This document shows, piece by piece, positions 31,556 to 41,653 of a DNA stretch of 64,000 bases. Within the stretch, counting starts at the first letter, position 1. Each line of letters begins with the position of its first letter. The translations under genes were made by a program, and so were the position numbers. Location of the stretch: contig JBBCKI010000028.1 in assembly GCA_037190965.1 (NCBI GenBank), positions 1 through 64,000 on the forward strand. Direction: 5' to 3'. The stretch is from Chthoniobacteraceae bacterium (GTDB lineage Bacteria; Verrucomicrobiota; Verrucomicrobiia; Chthoniobacterales; Chthoniobacteraceae). The notes under the pieces are model-generated. The model worked only from the letters and a program-made list of their open reading frames with translations. It was not told where the DNA came from and ran no database searches.

Positions 31556-31594
31556 AACGCCGAAGCATCGCGAGTGCTTCGGCGTTTTATTTTC
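31556..31594 (+). terminator. Terminator hairpin between convergent genes
   Basis: aacgccgaagcat-cgcga-gtgcttcggcgtt then ttatttt. Confidence 0.7.
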
Positions 31595-33260
31595 CCGCAA
31601 GCTTTTTCGCGAGTCTCGCCGCTAGCCTCTCCAGGGCAGGGGAGCGGTCGAGCGGGTCGAGGTGGACTTCGATGAGGCTGTACGAGCGGGTGTTCGCATC
31701 GGCTTCACCCAGCGCCGTTTCCAGTTCTCCCTCGGTGTGGACCTCCCAGCCTCGCCCGGCCGCCAGTAGCTCGGGCAACGCCGCATATCGCCACGGGTGG
31801 ACATCGTTATAGGGGCCGTCCTGCAAGTGCCGCTCCGTCCCGTAGCCTTTGTTATTGAGGACGATGACAATCGGTTTCAGGTGGTTGCGCACGGCGGTGG
31901 AGAGTTCCACCCCGGTCATCTGGAAAGCGCCATCGCCCACGAGCACCAGCGGACGCAAGGCCCGATTGGCAATTTCCGCGCCGATGGCGGCGGGGACGGC
32001 AAACCCCATCGAGGCATAGTACGCCGGGCCGAGGAATTCCGTGTGGCGGTGAATGCGCAGATCCACCGCGCCGAAGAGGGCGTCTCCGACGTCGCAGACG
32101 ACCAGCGTATTGTCTTTCAAGAATGCGTTCAGGCGCTCGAAGAGACGCGCCACGGTCAGGGGGGCTTGCGGGTTGGGAGTGTAGCCGGAGGGTTTCGGCG
32201 GACGGCCTTCGGACTCCACGGTCGCTTGGGAACTCTCAGGCTCGCGCTTGGTAATGGTGCTTCCCGCCCTTTCGACAAGTCCGTGCAGGAAGTCTTGAAA
32301 GCGGACATTGTCAAAATGGTGGTAGCGAATGGAGATCGTCTCGCTCGTCGCGCTGATGGAGCGCGCGGGATCGAGCCGCGCCGTGTAGATGCCGAGGTTG
32401 ATATCGGTCATGAACGCCCCGAGCATCAACACGCAGTCGCTATCCTCCACCCGTGCCCGCACATCGTCGCGGCCCATGGCCCCTTCGTAGAGTCCCAGGT
32501 AGAGTGGGTGTTGTTCGCCGAGCACCGATTTGCCGAGAATGGTGGTGACAAAGGGGATGCCGGTCTTTTCAACGAAGGCGAGCACCGCCGTCTGAAGGTG
32601 GAAACGGTGCACCTCGACATCCGCGAGCACGATTGGGCGCTTCGCCGCGTTGAGCAGGGCCGTGGCTTCTTCGAGAGCTTCACGCAATGCGGCGGGATCG
32701 CTCGGTTCCTCGAATCGCGCGGGGGTATATGGCGTGACTCCACGCACATCGACGCGGTCGCGGGGGAGCTCGATGTAGACCGGTCTTTTGTGCCGCATCG
32801 CGGCGTGGAGCACCCGGTCAATCTCCGCGAAGGCGGTCTGCGGATCGCACAGGACTGTCGAGGCGACGGTAATCTGCTCGAATACCCGCCGTTGCGTGTC
32901 GAATTCGCGCACCTTGTGGTGGAGCAGGGGGTTCTTCTCGCGTTCCCGCATTCCCGGCGCCCCGCTGATGACGACGACGGGGGATTTTTCCGCGAACGCC
33001 CCGGCAATCGGGTTGACGATCTTCAGGCCGCCCACACAATAGGTGACGCACACGACGCCGAGCCCGCGTAGGCGCGCGTAAGCGTCGGCGGCGAACCCTG
33101 CCCCCTGTTCGTCGCAGGTGACGATGGTTTCCAGGGGGCTGCGGCTTAGCAGATCGTAAAACCCGAGCACATAATCGCCCGGGATGCCGAAGACGTGGCC
33201 AACTTCATGGTCGCTGAGCCGTTGGATCAGGTATTCGCCGATGGTAGGTGCCGTACTCAT
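31587..33260 (-). CDS. TPP-dependent alpha-keto acid decarboxylase (indolepyruvate/pyruvate decarboxylase family)
   Basis: VFGIPGDY, EQGAGFAADAYAR, LLHH, GDGAFQMTG...NNKGYGTER. Confidence 0.92.
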   Translation of the reverse strand: MSTAPTIGEYLIQRLSDHEVGHVFGIPGDYVLGFYDLLSRSPLETIVTCDEQGAGFAADAYARLRGLGVVCVTYCVGGLKIVNPIAGAFAEKSPVVVISGAPGMREREKNPLLHHKVREFDTQRRVFEQITVASTVLCDPQTAFAEIDRVLHAAMRHKRPVYIELPRDRVDVRGVTPYTPARFEEPSDPAALREALEEATALLNAAKRPIVLADVEVHRFHLQTAVLAFVEKTGIPFVTTILGKSVLGEQHPLYLGLYEGAMGRDDVRARVEDSDCVLMLGAFMTDINLGIYTARLDPARSISATSETISIRYHHFDNVRFQDFLHGLVERAGSTITKREPESSQATVESEGRPPKPSGYTPNPQAPLTVARLFERLNAFLKDNTLVVCDVGDALFGAVDLRIHRHTEFLGPAYYASMGFAVPAAIGAEIANRALRPLVLVGDGAFQMTGVELSTAVRNHLKPIVIVLNNKGYGTERHLQDGPYNDVHPWRYAALPELLAAGRGWEVHTEGELETALGEADANTRSYSLIEVHLDPLDRSPALERLAARLAKKLAGK

Positions 33261-33400
33261 GGATGGAAGAAAGGAAAACGCGTTCTGTATTCATCGTTTC
33301 CCAAAAGGTGGGGAGGCGTAACCCGAAATTCGAAGTTGATTGCGGCGGCCTTGCGCAGTTCCGCTCGCTTCAATATCGGATTTCGCGTTAAAAACCCGGG

Positions 33401-34885
33401 ATGCTGGTCTCCTTTTTTCTCTTTCTTGCCGGTCTGGCCGTAGGCGCGATTGCCGCCTGGTTCCATGGTCAATCGCAGGCGTCGCTGTTGCTCACAAGGC
33501 TTGCGGCGGAGAAGGAACGGGAACGGAGCGAATCGCTTCGCTCTCTGGAGCAGCGGCTTGCCGAAGCGAAGGCGCAGGGATCTCGCCTGCCGGAGTTGCA
33601 GGCCATTATTGCCATGCGCGATGAAGCCCTGGAGGAATTGCGCGACCGGCTCTCCGCTGCCGAGACCAGCGCCGCTGCCACACAGGTGGAACTGCAAAAG
33701 GAGCGGGAAGCCGCCGCCGAGAAACTCGCGATGCTGGAGAACGCCCGAACGAACCTCGCGGAGACCTTCCAGTCGCTTTCAGCGGAGGCATTACGCCGCA
33801 ATAACGCCTCGTTCCTCGAACTCGCCAATACTTCCCTTGAACGTTTTCAGGAAACCGCCCGAGGCGATCTGGAAAAGCGGCAGACCGCCATCACCGATCT
33901 CGTCAAGCCGGTGCGCGATTCGCTGGAGAAGGTCGATCTCAAGATCCAGGAGATCGAAAAGACCCGCGCCGGGGCCTACGAAGCGTTGACCCAGCAGGTG
34001 CGTGGGATGATGGAAGCCCAGGGGCAACTCCGCACGGAGACCAACAACCTCGCGCAGGCGCTCCGCTCCCCGGTTGTGCGTGGGCGGTGGGGCGAAGTCC
34101 AATTGCGGCGCGTCGTGGAACTCGCCGGGATGCTGGACCGTTGTGACTTCATTGAACAGGCCACCGTCGGCACCGAGGGTGGCGGGCGGCTCCGGCCGGA
34201 TCTTGTCGTTCAACTCCCCGGCGGCAAACAGATCGTCGTCGACGCCAAGGCTCCACTTGCCGCGTATCTCGAAGCCATGGAGGAACGCCATGACGAGCAG
34301 CGCGCCCGCAAGCTCACAACGCACGCGGTCCAGATTCGCGCTCACATCGATACCCTTACCAAGAAAGCGTATTGGGAGCAGTTCGCGCAGGCCCCGGAAT
34401 TCGTGGTCCTGTTCCTGCCGGGCGAGAGCTTCTTTAGCGCCGCGTTGGAGCGAGATCCCTCCCTTCTTGAGTATGGCACCGAGCGTATGGTCATTCTTGC
34501 GACCCCGACGACGCTCATCTCCCTCCTGAAAGCCGTCTTCTACGGCTGGCGGCAGCAGAACCTTGCCGCGAACGCGGAGGAGATTTCAAAGCTCGGCCGG
34601 GAACTCTACAAGCGGGTCTCCGATATGGGTGGGCATCTCGACAAGATGGGCCGCAGCCTCAACAACGCGGTCGATCACTTTAATAAACTGGCCGCCAACG
34701 CGGAGAGCCGCGTCCTTGTCACCGCCCGGAAGTTCCGAGAGCTTGAACCTGCGCAAACGGGCGACAGCATCGAGCCGTTGCCCCAGGTGGAAATTGCCGT
34801 CCGTCAGTTGCAGGCTCCTGAACTCGTTGTCGAGCCGAAGCGGAAGCGGGTCGATTCGGGAGAGGTATTGCTTTGGGAGGAGTAG
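33401..34885 (+). CDS. rmuC: DNA recombination protein RmuC
   Basis: N-terminal TM + coiled coil; RGRWGEVQL, RPDLVVQLPGG..VVDAKAP, PEFVVLFLPGE, ATPTTL. Confidence 0.93.
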   Translation: MLVSFFLFLAGLAVGAIAAWFHGQSQASLLLTRLAAEKERERSESLRSLEQRLAEAKAQGSRLPELQAIIAMRDEALEELRDRLSAAETSAAATQVELQKEREAAAEKLAMLENARTNLAETFQSLSAEALRRNNASFLELANTSLERFQETARGDLEKRQTAITDLVKPVRDSLEKVDLKIQEIEKTRAGAYEALTQQVRGMMEAQGQLRTETNNLAQALRSPVVRGRWGEVQLRRVVELAGMLDRCDFIEQATVGTEGGGRLRPDLVVQLPGGKQIVVDAKAPLAAYLEAMEERHDEQRARKLTTHAVQIRAHIDTLTKKAYWEQFAQAPEFVVLFLPGESFFSAALERDPSLLEYGTERMVILATPTTLISLLKAVFYGWRQQNLAANAEEISKLGRELYKRVSDMGGHLDKMGRSLNNAVDHFNKLAANAESRVLVTARKFRELEPAQTGDSIEPLPQVEIAVRQLQAPELVVEPKRKRVDSGEVLLWEE

Positions 34886-34901
34886 AAAGGACGGAGTACG
34901 G

Positions 34902-35147
34902 TTAGAGAGGCTGAATCGACAGGTAGACGAACGCGAGCATCGAGATCGTATTGATGACCCAGATCGGGATGGCAATCATCCGAGCCGCCTTCCTCGCCGC
35001 GCCCGGCGAGCATCCCGTTTTGGCTTGGTAGTAGGTTGCAAATTTTCGGGTGGCGATGATGATGCCAATCGAGGCAACGGCATAGATTACGACAAGATAA
35101 AGGATCACCGCAGACTGAACATTCATAGCCGCCTCCAGGTTCGCCAT
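34902..35147 (-). CDS. Small hypothetical membrane protein (two TM helices)
   Basis: Two hydrophobic segments; follows the 35155 gene on the same strand; start uncertain. Confidence 0.5.
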   Translation of the reverse strand: MANLEAAMNVQSAVILYLVVIYAVASIGIIIATRKFATYYQAKTGCSPGAARKAARMIAIPIWVINTISMLAFVYLSIQPL

Positions 35148-35154
35148 CCTGTCC

Positions 35155-35673
35155 TCATTGCCATTCCCCACGCCCGCGGGCTCGCTCCATCAGCGGATGA
35201 TCGACGGAGGTCAGTTGCCAGTCCCACGGCTTCCAGCTTTGTTGTTTCCAGACAAACGTGAATGGCTGGTTGGAGGTATTCACCGCGTCTTTTGCGAATT
35301 CCGCAATCGGCGTGCCGTTCCCTTCGATCCGAAGCATCGTCGTGATGGTGGCGGCCGTCCTTTCCGGGAGACTAAAAGCATGGGAGGGATCGGTCTCCAG
35401 CACCGTGAGCGCGAAGAATTGCCGGAGCACCTCGCGTGATTCCTTGATCACCCATGCTTTGTCATGGTCAAAGCGGTCGCGGAAATCTTCGGCGAGGAAT
35501 GCGTCGATCTTTTTCCATTTTCGCTCTTCGACGGCGTAGAGGAAATGCTTCTGGTGCAGGAGTACCTGGCGCTCCGGTTGCCAAAGCCAGATGCAGCGGG
35601 CTGCCACCAAGGCACAAATAACCGCTCCGAAAAGCAGGGATGATTTCGATTTTGGATTGAAGTCTCGGAACAT
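35155..35673 (-). CDS. Hypothetical membrane-anchored protein, possibly NTF2-like
   Basis: N-terminal TM, then WQPERQV, FLAEDFRD, PFTFVWKQQSWKPWDWQL. Confidence 0.7.
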   Translation of the reverse strand: MFRDFNPKSKSSLLFGAVICALVAARCIWLWQPERQVLLHQKHFLYAVEERKWKKIDAFLAEDFRDRFDHDKAWVIKESREVLRQFFALTVLETDPSHAFSLPERTAATITTMLRIEGNGTPIAEFAKDAVNTSNQPFTFVWKQQSWKPWDWQLTSVDHPLMERARGRGEWQ

Positions 35674-35704
35674 CGCGGGAGAATGGGAGGTTTACGCGTT
35701 CAGC

Positions 35705-36205
35705 ATGTCTCAGCCTGATAATAATTTTGAAACCGGGATCGCCCAGGGCGGAGCGATCATCAGGCTGCGGCCCAATGTGGCAGGAATTGTGCAGAATGCC
35801 GAGGGCCAAATTCTGATCGGCGAGCGGTTGAATGTGGCCGGCTCATGGCAGTTCCCCCAGGGTGGGGTGGACAAGGGAGAGACCAGCGAGCAGGCACTGG
35901 CCCGCGAGATGGAGGAGGAGCTCAGCCTGCGTCCGGGCGCTTATCAAGTATTATCGAAAAAGGGGCCCTACCGGTATCTCTTTGGAAAAGGGCGGCAAAA
36001 AAAGGGGTTTCACGGACAGGAGCAAATTTATTTTCTCCTAAGGCTCACCGTGCCTGAGGCAGGTATCAACGTCGCCACCAGCCACCAGGAGTTTCGCAGC
36101 GTTCGGTGGATCAGGCCGTCGGAGTTCGACCTCAATTGGTTGCCTGGGTTTAAGCGGGCGGTTTACCGAGCGGTATTGACCGACTTTTTCGGCGTTCTCA
36201 AGTGA
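35705..36205 (+). CDS. NUDIX hydrolase, RppH-like
   Basis: RPNVAGIV, WQFPQGGVDKGE..EQALAREMEEE Nudix box, GQEQIYFLL, FKRAVY. Confidence 0.88.
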   Translation: MSQPDNNFETGIAQGGAIIRLRPNVAGIVQNAEGQILIGERLNVAGSWQFPQGGVDKGETSEQALAREMEEELSLRPGAYQVLSKKGPYRYLFGKGRQKKGFHGQEQIYFLLRLTVPEAGINVATSHQEFRSVRWIRPSEFDLNWLPGFKRAVYRAVLTDFFGVLK

Positions 36206-36250
36206 CGGCGCTTGACGGCGGGGGGCGATTTCGGCACACAGAGCGCAATC

Positions 36251-36340
36251 ATGCTTACCTTGGGAATGTTTTCCTTCGTTTTCGTCGCCTTTCTGGGATG
36301 CGTCTGGTGGGCTTGCCATAACGAAGACCGGCTTAACTAA
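36251..36340 (+). CDS. Possible 29-aa single-TM peptide
   Basis: MLTLGMFSFVFVAFLGCVWWACHNEDRLN*; below the ORF-track cutoff. Confidence 0.35.
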   Translation: MLTLGMFSFVFVAFLGCVWWACHNEDRLN

Positions 36341-36608
36341 CGGCCTCAGAGAACCTCGAGGGCCCTTAAAAGCCTGATCATCTCTGCGCAACGCTACGTC
36401 GTCGCGGAGTGCCGTGCCGGGTGATTGGAAAACGAACCGGCGGCCCGCTCTCACCGAAATCGCCATCCCGCCAAAGAATCGTTTTTTGCCCCCCAAAACT
36501 TTTCGCGGGAAAAGGCGCAAAGAGGGTGTATATTAGGAAAACAGAGCCGTTCGTACCGTGCTCTTGAGTAGGAGCATGGAGAAACGGCCCGAAACCGGAA
36601 TTCTCCCT

Positions 36609-36764
36609 ATGTTACACTACGCATTAATCTTCCTGATCGTTGCAATCATCGCGGCGGTTCTTGGCTTCGGCGGCATCGCGGGCACGGCGGCATGGATCGC
36701 GAAGGTGCTTTTTGTCGTTTTCCTGGTGCTGGCGCTCGTCTCGTTCGTGATGCGGCGAGCCTGA
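36609..36764 (+). CDS. DUF1328 (UPF0391) small membrane protein
   Basis: [35 protein letters not shown]. Confidence 0.92.
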   Translation: MLHYALIFLIVAIIAAVLGFGGIAGTAAWIAKVLFVVFLVLALVSFVMRRA

Positions 36765-36845
36765 AGCTTCGGAGCGATTCAAGTATCAGCCGTTTTTTGC
36801 GATGGGCGTGAGCCGTTACGCGGCTCTTCAAGTCCGGCAGTATGG

Positions 36846-36881
36846 AAAATGCAGCCGCTTCGCTTGAGAAGCGGCCGCATT
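36846..36881. terminator. Hairpin between convergent genes (possible terminator)
   Basis: aaatgcagccgcttc...gaagcggccgcattt. Confidence 0.5.
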
Positions 36882-36890
36882 TCTAACAGT

Positions 36891-37337
36891 CTAACGTCTG
36901 CCTGCCTGGCGGTGAATCGTCCTTTCGATCTGGCTGATCAAAGGACGGGGGCCGCCCCTCGTGTAAACGATCTCGCCCGCGATCTTTCCGCCCGGTTTCA
37001 GAAGGATCAGCGTAGGAAATCCGGAGACGCGGTACCTCATCTTCAGGATCTGGTTCTGCTCCCGTTCGTGCCGGGGCTGCGGTTTGCGAGCCGGGTAGTC
37101 GAGCTTGAGCAGAACAAGGTTTTGTGCGGCATAAGCTTGAAAGGCTCTTTGGTCGAGAGCTTCGCGGTCGAGTTTTTTGCAGTAGCCGCAGAAGTCTGAT
37201 CCCGTGAAGTACATGAGCACCGGCTTCTGTTCGGCCTTTGCCCGTGAGAGAGCGCGATTGTAGTTTGTGTGCCAGGCGTCGGCATGGGCCAGCGCTGGAA
37301 TTCCGATTGCCGTTATAAGAAGCAGGAGAAATTTCAT
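36891..37337 (-). CDS. Exported thioredoxin-family protein
   Basis: Signal peptide ending AHA; KPVLMYFTGSDFCGYCKKL; VSGFPTL cis-Pro loop. Confidence 0.88.
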   Translation of the reverse strand: MKFLLLLITAIGIPALAHADAWHTNYNRALSRAKAEQKPVLMYFTGSDFCGYCKKLDREALDQRAFQAYAAQNLVLLKLDYPARKPQPRHEREQNQILKMRYRVSGFPTLILLKPGGKIAGEIVYTRGGPRPLISQIERTIHRQAGRR

Positions 37338-37434
37338 CGGCGGAACGTAGCTCGGCTTTTTCAAAACGCAAAACACCCTCGCCAAAAAAATTCGGCGAGG
37401 GTGTTGAATTGCTAAACTGCTGTTATCTGGCTGT

Positions 37435-38598
37435 TTACAGCGTGCGGCAGAATTCTTCGAAACGGTCGAGCCCGTTCTTGATGATGTCCATGCTCGTCGC
37501 GTAGCTGAAGCGGATCGTACGGTCATCGCCGAAGGCGATGCCGGGGACCACGGCTACGTTGGCCTTGCTGAGCAGGCGGTCGGAGAAATTTTGCGAGGTG
37601 AGCGAGAGCCGGGAGATGTTCACCAGCATGTAGAAGGCGCCCTGTGGTTTCACGACGGAAACGCCCTTGATGGCCGAGAGACGCTGGAACATGTAATTGC
37701 GGCGCATCTCGAACTCTTCGCGCATGTCGCTGACCGGCTGCTGGTCGCCCTTGAGCGCGGCAATACCGCCCTTTTGCGCGAACGAGCAGGGGTTGGAGGT
37801 GCTGTGGCTCTGGATGGAGTCGATTGCCTTGGCAATCGATTCCGGCGCGCCGAGGTAACCCAAGCGCCATCCGGTCATCGCGTATGCCTTGGAGAACCCG
37901 TTGATGGTGATCGTCAGGTCGTAGATCTCCGGGGAAAGCGAAGCGATGGAGACGTGCTCGGCACCATCATAGGTCAGCTTTTCGTAGATCTCGTCGGAGA
38001 GAATGAGAATGCCCTCTTCCTCGGCCACGGCGGCGAGAGCGGTCAACTCCTCGCGGGTGTAAACGGCGCCGGTCGGGTTGCCGGGGGTGTTGATGATGAC
38101 CATCTTCGTGCGTGGGGTCATCGCGTCTTCGAACTGCTCAGCCGTCATTTTCCAGCCGTTCTCTTCGGTGGTCTGAACGAACACCGGCTCGCCACCGGCG
38201 AGGCGCACCATTTCAGGGTAGCTCAGCCAGTAGGGGGCGGGGATGATGACTTCGTCGCCGGGCTGCACCGTCGCGAGGATGGCATTGAAGCAGGAGTGCT
38301 TGGCTCCGTTGGAAACGATGATCTGGCTCGGCTTGTAGTCGAGCTTGTTGTCGGCGAGGAACTTGTCGGCGATGGCCTGGCGCAGGTCCGGGATGCCGGA
38401 GCTGGGCGTGTACTTCGTGAAGCCGCCGTCGAGCGAGGCCATGGCGGCCGCCTTGATGTGTTCGGGCGTATCGAAATCGGGTTCCCCGGCGCCGAAGCTG
38501 CAAACGTCAAGGCCTTCGGCCTTCATCGCCTTGGCTTTGCTGTCGATGGAAAGGGTGAGCGATGGTGTGAGGATGGTGGCGCGTGAGGCGAGGTCCAT
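37435..38598 (-). CDS. Aspartate aminotransferase (PLP class I/II)
   Basis: GEPDFDTP, GAKHS, NTPGNPTG, SDEIY, NGFSKAYAMTGWRLGY. Confidence 0.95.
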   Translation of the reverse strand: MDLASRATILTPSLTLSIDSKAKAMKAEGLDVCSFGAGEPDFDTPEHIKAAAMASLDGGFTKYTPSSGIPDLRQAIADKFLADNKLDYKPSQIIVSNGAKHSCFNAILATVQPGDEVIIPAPYWLSYPEMVRLAGGEPVFVQTTEENGWKMTAEQFEDAMTPRTKMVIINTPGNPTGAVYTREELTALAAVAEEEGILILSDEIYEKLTYDGAEHVSIASLSPEIYDLTITINGFSKAYAMTGWRLGYLGAPESIAKAIDSIQSHSTSNPCSFAQKGGIAALKGDQQPVSDMREEFEMRRNYMFQRLSAIKGVSVVKPQGAFYMLVNISRLSLTSQNFSDRLLSKANVAVVPGIAFGDDRTIRFSYATSMDIIKNGLDRFEEFCRTL

Positions 38599-38654
38599 AG
38601 GTATGTTTCGTTTTGGGTGTAACGGGATGAAAGGGAAGGTGTTTGCCGCGCAGT

Positions 38655-39830
38655 TTATGCGCAACCGAGGGCTGACTCCACAAACGGTTTCAGATTATTT
38701 TCGCTGATTCTCACAATGCCCATTTCCCGCGCGGCGTTTTCGGCCGAGTCGGAAGCATGGGCGGCATTGACCATCATTGTCTGGCCAAATTCTTTGCGGA
38801 TGGTTCCGGGAGGGGCCTTGGAGGGGTCCGTCGGCCCGAGAACCTCGCGGATCTTCTTTACGGCATCGACGCCCTCGTAAATCAGGGCGATGATCTTCTC
38901 CGAGCCGGGTTCATCGAGCTTATCGGGAGCGCATTCGCTGGGGCGGGTTCCCGCCATGAACTGCACAATCGACTCCCAATGCTGGCGGCCTTTGATCGGG
39001 CCAAGCAGTTCACCCAGCTGGCGCTGCACATCGGCGTCGATGGAAATGCCAAGCTCTTGTTCGGCCGCAAGTTTCACCACGGCACCGGCGGGCTCACGCA
39101 TCACTTTTTTGAGCGCGTCGAGCACCGGGCCGTAAAACTCGGAGGCTTGCGCCACGCTCATGAAGTGAACCTTCATGCCGATGATGGAAAGCCCTGTGCG
39201 CGAGAAGACGTCGATGACGCCGCCCGGGCGGTAGTTGGGGAAACGGAAATTGTCGGGCTTGATGAGCACCAGCGACCGCTCGATGTTCGCCCCCGGTTGG
39301 TAGGTCGCCGTGCCCTCCAGAAGACCGCCGTCGGAGTCGGAAAACTCCGCCCACAGGGCGAGATCACGCCGGGCACAGGCGATGTCCGGCGGGGCGAGAA
39401 CGGCAGGTTCAAAGTAGACCACCTTTTCTCCTTCGGTGATGTAGTCGCCGTAGGTGTCACGGATCGTCTCGCCGCTGGTGCGCTCGTGGACGATATGGCC
39501 GACCGCTTCGCGGACCTTTGCCACGGCGTTCTCTCCCTGAAACACCAGAAGCGCCACCCGGGGCTGGACGCCGCCGTCGATGGTGGGGTTAGGGAGGAAG
39601 TGCGTAAAGAGGTAGTCCCGGATCCGTTCCTGCGTCTTTCGGTGCCGAGGATCGGGGTCGGAAACGATGATCTCGGCATAGCGCTCGATCAACTTCCTGC
39701 TCGGGGCAAACATCCGCGCGCGCACCAGATCAAGGCCGGTGCGGGAAATCAGGCGCGATACAATGCCCCCCGTTCGAGCCTTGCGGATCGAGTGCGGCGT
39801 AATGAGCACATAGGAAAGTTCTTCGGCCAT
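38655..39830 (-). CDS. ndk: Two-domain nucleoside diphosphate kinase
   Basis: C-domain ERSLVLIKPD, GPTDPSKAPPGTIRKEFG, NAAHASDS; N-domain ELSYVLITPHS...GETIRDTYG without HxSD. Confidence 0.85.
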   Translation of the reverse strand: MAEELSYVLITPHSIRKARTGGIVSRLISRTGLDLVRARMFAPSRKLIERYAEIIVSDPDPRHRKTQERIRDYLFTHFLPNPTIDGGVQPRVALLVFQGENAVAKVREAVGHIVHERTSGETIRDTYGDYITEGEKVVYFEPAVLAPPDIACARRDLALWAEFSDSDGGLLEGTATYQPGANIERSLVLIKPDNFRFPNYRPGGVIDVFSRTGLSIIGMKVHFMSVAQASEFYGPVLDALKKVMREPAGAVVKLAAEQELGISIDADVQRQLGELLGPIKGRQHWESIVQFMAGTRPSECAPDKLDEPGSEKIIALIYEGVDAVKKIREVLGPTDPSKAPPGTIRKEFGQTMMVNAAHASDSAENAAREMGIVRISENNLKPFVESALGCA

Positions 39831-39949
39831 AGATGAAAATTGCCTGCGCCGACTCTCCCAAAACGGTCAGTTCCGGGGTCAAAACCAGCGAAGGCAGGGA
39901 TTTTTCAGCAATATTTTTTTGGGAAGCTACCGGTCGCAAGCGCGGGGCG

Positions 39950-40852
39950 TCAACGTGTTTTTTGGCGGCTTCTCTGTAAAGGGGTCTTGCCCGAAGCCTT
40001 TTTCGCCTTTTTTGCGGGCGCTTTTACACCTGTGTTCCGGGCCAGCAAGGTGACCCATTTTCCCTTGCGCACGGCGCGTTCGAACGTGAACCCCAGGGCG
40101 GTAAAGGTCTCCACCACTTCGGCTTCCTGCACCCGGAGAATTCCGGAGAGAAGGAGCAGCCCATCGGGGCGGACGGCGGCGGCAATGGACTTCGACGCGG
40201 CGATCAGTACCTGGCTGAAGAGATTGGCGGCAACGACATCCCAGGTGCGGACAGGGGTCCACTTGAGCACGTCGGTCTTTTTGACCGGCAGCGGCGCGGC
40301 TTTGTTGACCGCGACGTTTTCCTTGGCGGTACGAACGGCGTGGGGGTCGAAGTCGCACGCCTCGGCCCGTTTGGCCCCGAGTTTCTTGGCGGCGATGGCG
40401 AGAATCCCGCTGCCGGTCCCGAGGTCGTTGAATTCCCACGGAGTGTCCCCTTGTTCCTTCGCAACGTCACACAATAGACGCAGGCAGGAGGCCGTCGTGG
40501 CGTGGTCACCGGTGCCGAACGCCATCGCGGCGGGGATGATGAGAACGGGGCGTCCCTCGGGTGCCTTTTTTGCCGCCTCGGCGCTATCGACGACGACGAG
40601 CCGGTCGCGAATGGCAAGGGGCTTGCGGGGAGGAGGCTGGAGAACCGGCTTGTCGGCAACTTCATGAACGGCCCCGCCAAACTGGGTCACCAGCGCCTTG
40701 GCTTCGGCCTTCGTGAGGTTGTGCGCCTCAATGCGAAGCGATTTGCGATTGGGCAGGCCGACGATGGCAAGGCGCGTGGGCCCGAGGAACGTCAGACGTT
40801 CCACCCAGGCGTCTTCCCATTTGGCAGAGGCAAGTTTTCTCCAGACAAGCAT
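39950..40852 (-). CDS. prmA: 50S ribosomal protein L11 methyltransferase
   Basis: AMAFGTGDHATT, DLGTGSGILAI, DFDP.AV...ENV, VVAANL, LLLSGIL. Confidence 0.9.
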   Translation of the reverse strand: MLVWRKLASAKWEDAWVERLTFLGPTRLAIVGLPNRKSLRIEAHNLTKAEAKALVTQFGGAVHEVADKPVLQPPPRKPLAIRDRLVVVDSAEAAKKAPEGRPVLIIPAAMAFGTGDHATTASCLRLLCDVAKEQGDTPWEFNDLGTGSGILAIAAKKLGAKRAEACDFDPHAVRTAKENVAVNKAAPLPVKKTDVLKWTPVRTWDVVAANLFSQVLIAASKSIAAAVRPDGLLLLSGILRVQEAEVVETFTALGFTFERAVRKGKWVTLLARNTGVKAPAKKAKKASGKTPLQRSRQKTR

Positions 40853-40918
40853 GGGCCGATTATTGAGAGCCCCCGCCGTTACTCAATTCAAAAAGGGGAG
40901 GGGGTGTAAAAGCTGCGC

Positions 40919-41542
40919 TTAGCTTTTCGCGACGAGGGCGGCGGCGATCAAGAAGAGGCAGCCGAAGAAGCCGTCGATGCGGCGACGCCAGAGATCGTCT
41001 GTCAGTGAACGTAAGATTCGGGAGCCGATGGCGGTGTAGCCGCTCATGACGGCGAGGTCAATGGCGACCATGCTGGCCGCGATGAGGCCATATTGAAGCG
41101 GGAGTGAGTGCGCGGGATCAATGAAGCGCGGGGTAATGACGAACAACGCGAGGAGTGCCTTTGGGTTGCTCGCGTTGACGAAGAAGCCGTGGAGCACCAT
41201 GCCACCGGGGTTTGCCGGGATGGTCTGCCGGGCTGGTGCCGTTTCAACATCCCGATGCTGTCGGAATGCCGCGACGAGGAGGCGCAGGCCGACCCAGGCC
41301 AGGTAAGCAGAACCCAGGAACGTGAGAATGCCGATCGAGCCGGGGATGGAGATGAGCAGCGAGGCCAGGCCGACTGCCGAGATGAGGAGGAAGAGAAGCA
41401 GGGCCAACTGTTGACCGACGGCGGTCCAGATACCACGCCGCCAGCCGTGGGTCGCGCCACTTGACATGGAAGCGACCGCTCCCGCTCCCGGCGAGATGCT
41501 GATGAGGAGCATCGTCGCGATCCATGGCCAAAGGTGCGTCAT
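40919..41542 (-). CDS. LysE/RhtB family amino-acid efflux protein
   Basis: SISPGAGA, GSAYLAWVG, GFFVNASNPKA. Confidence 0.9.
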   Translation of the reverse strand: MTHLWPWIATMLLISISPGAGAVASMSSGATHGWRRGIWTAVGQQLALLLFLLISAVGLASLLISIPGSIGILTFLGSAYLAWVGLRLLVAAFRQHRDVETAPARQTIPANPGGMVLHGFFVNASNPKALLALFVITPRFIDPAHSLPLQYGLIAASMVAIDLAVMSGYTAIGSRILRSLTDDLWRRRIDGFFGCLFLIAAALVAKS

Positions 41543-41653
41543 GGCTGTGCGATTAAAGGATATAGGTTGTGAACCATCTGCACGGGAATCATGCACACAA
41601 GCCTCCCCAAATCCAAATCAAACCCGAACGATGACAGGTGGTGCGAAAGCACC

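Noticed and set aside
36231..36247. CGGCAC-N7-GC sigma54-like motif
   Set aside because: Lacks TT before GC, and the implied start site would fall inside the small ORF
31797..39836. Long antisense ORFs opposite the decarboxylase (31797-33071), aminotransferase (37591-38586) and ndk (38757-39836)
   Set aside because: Shadow frames of well-supported genes in GC-rich DNA; no recognisable domains
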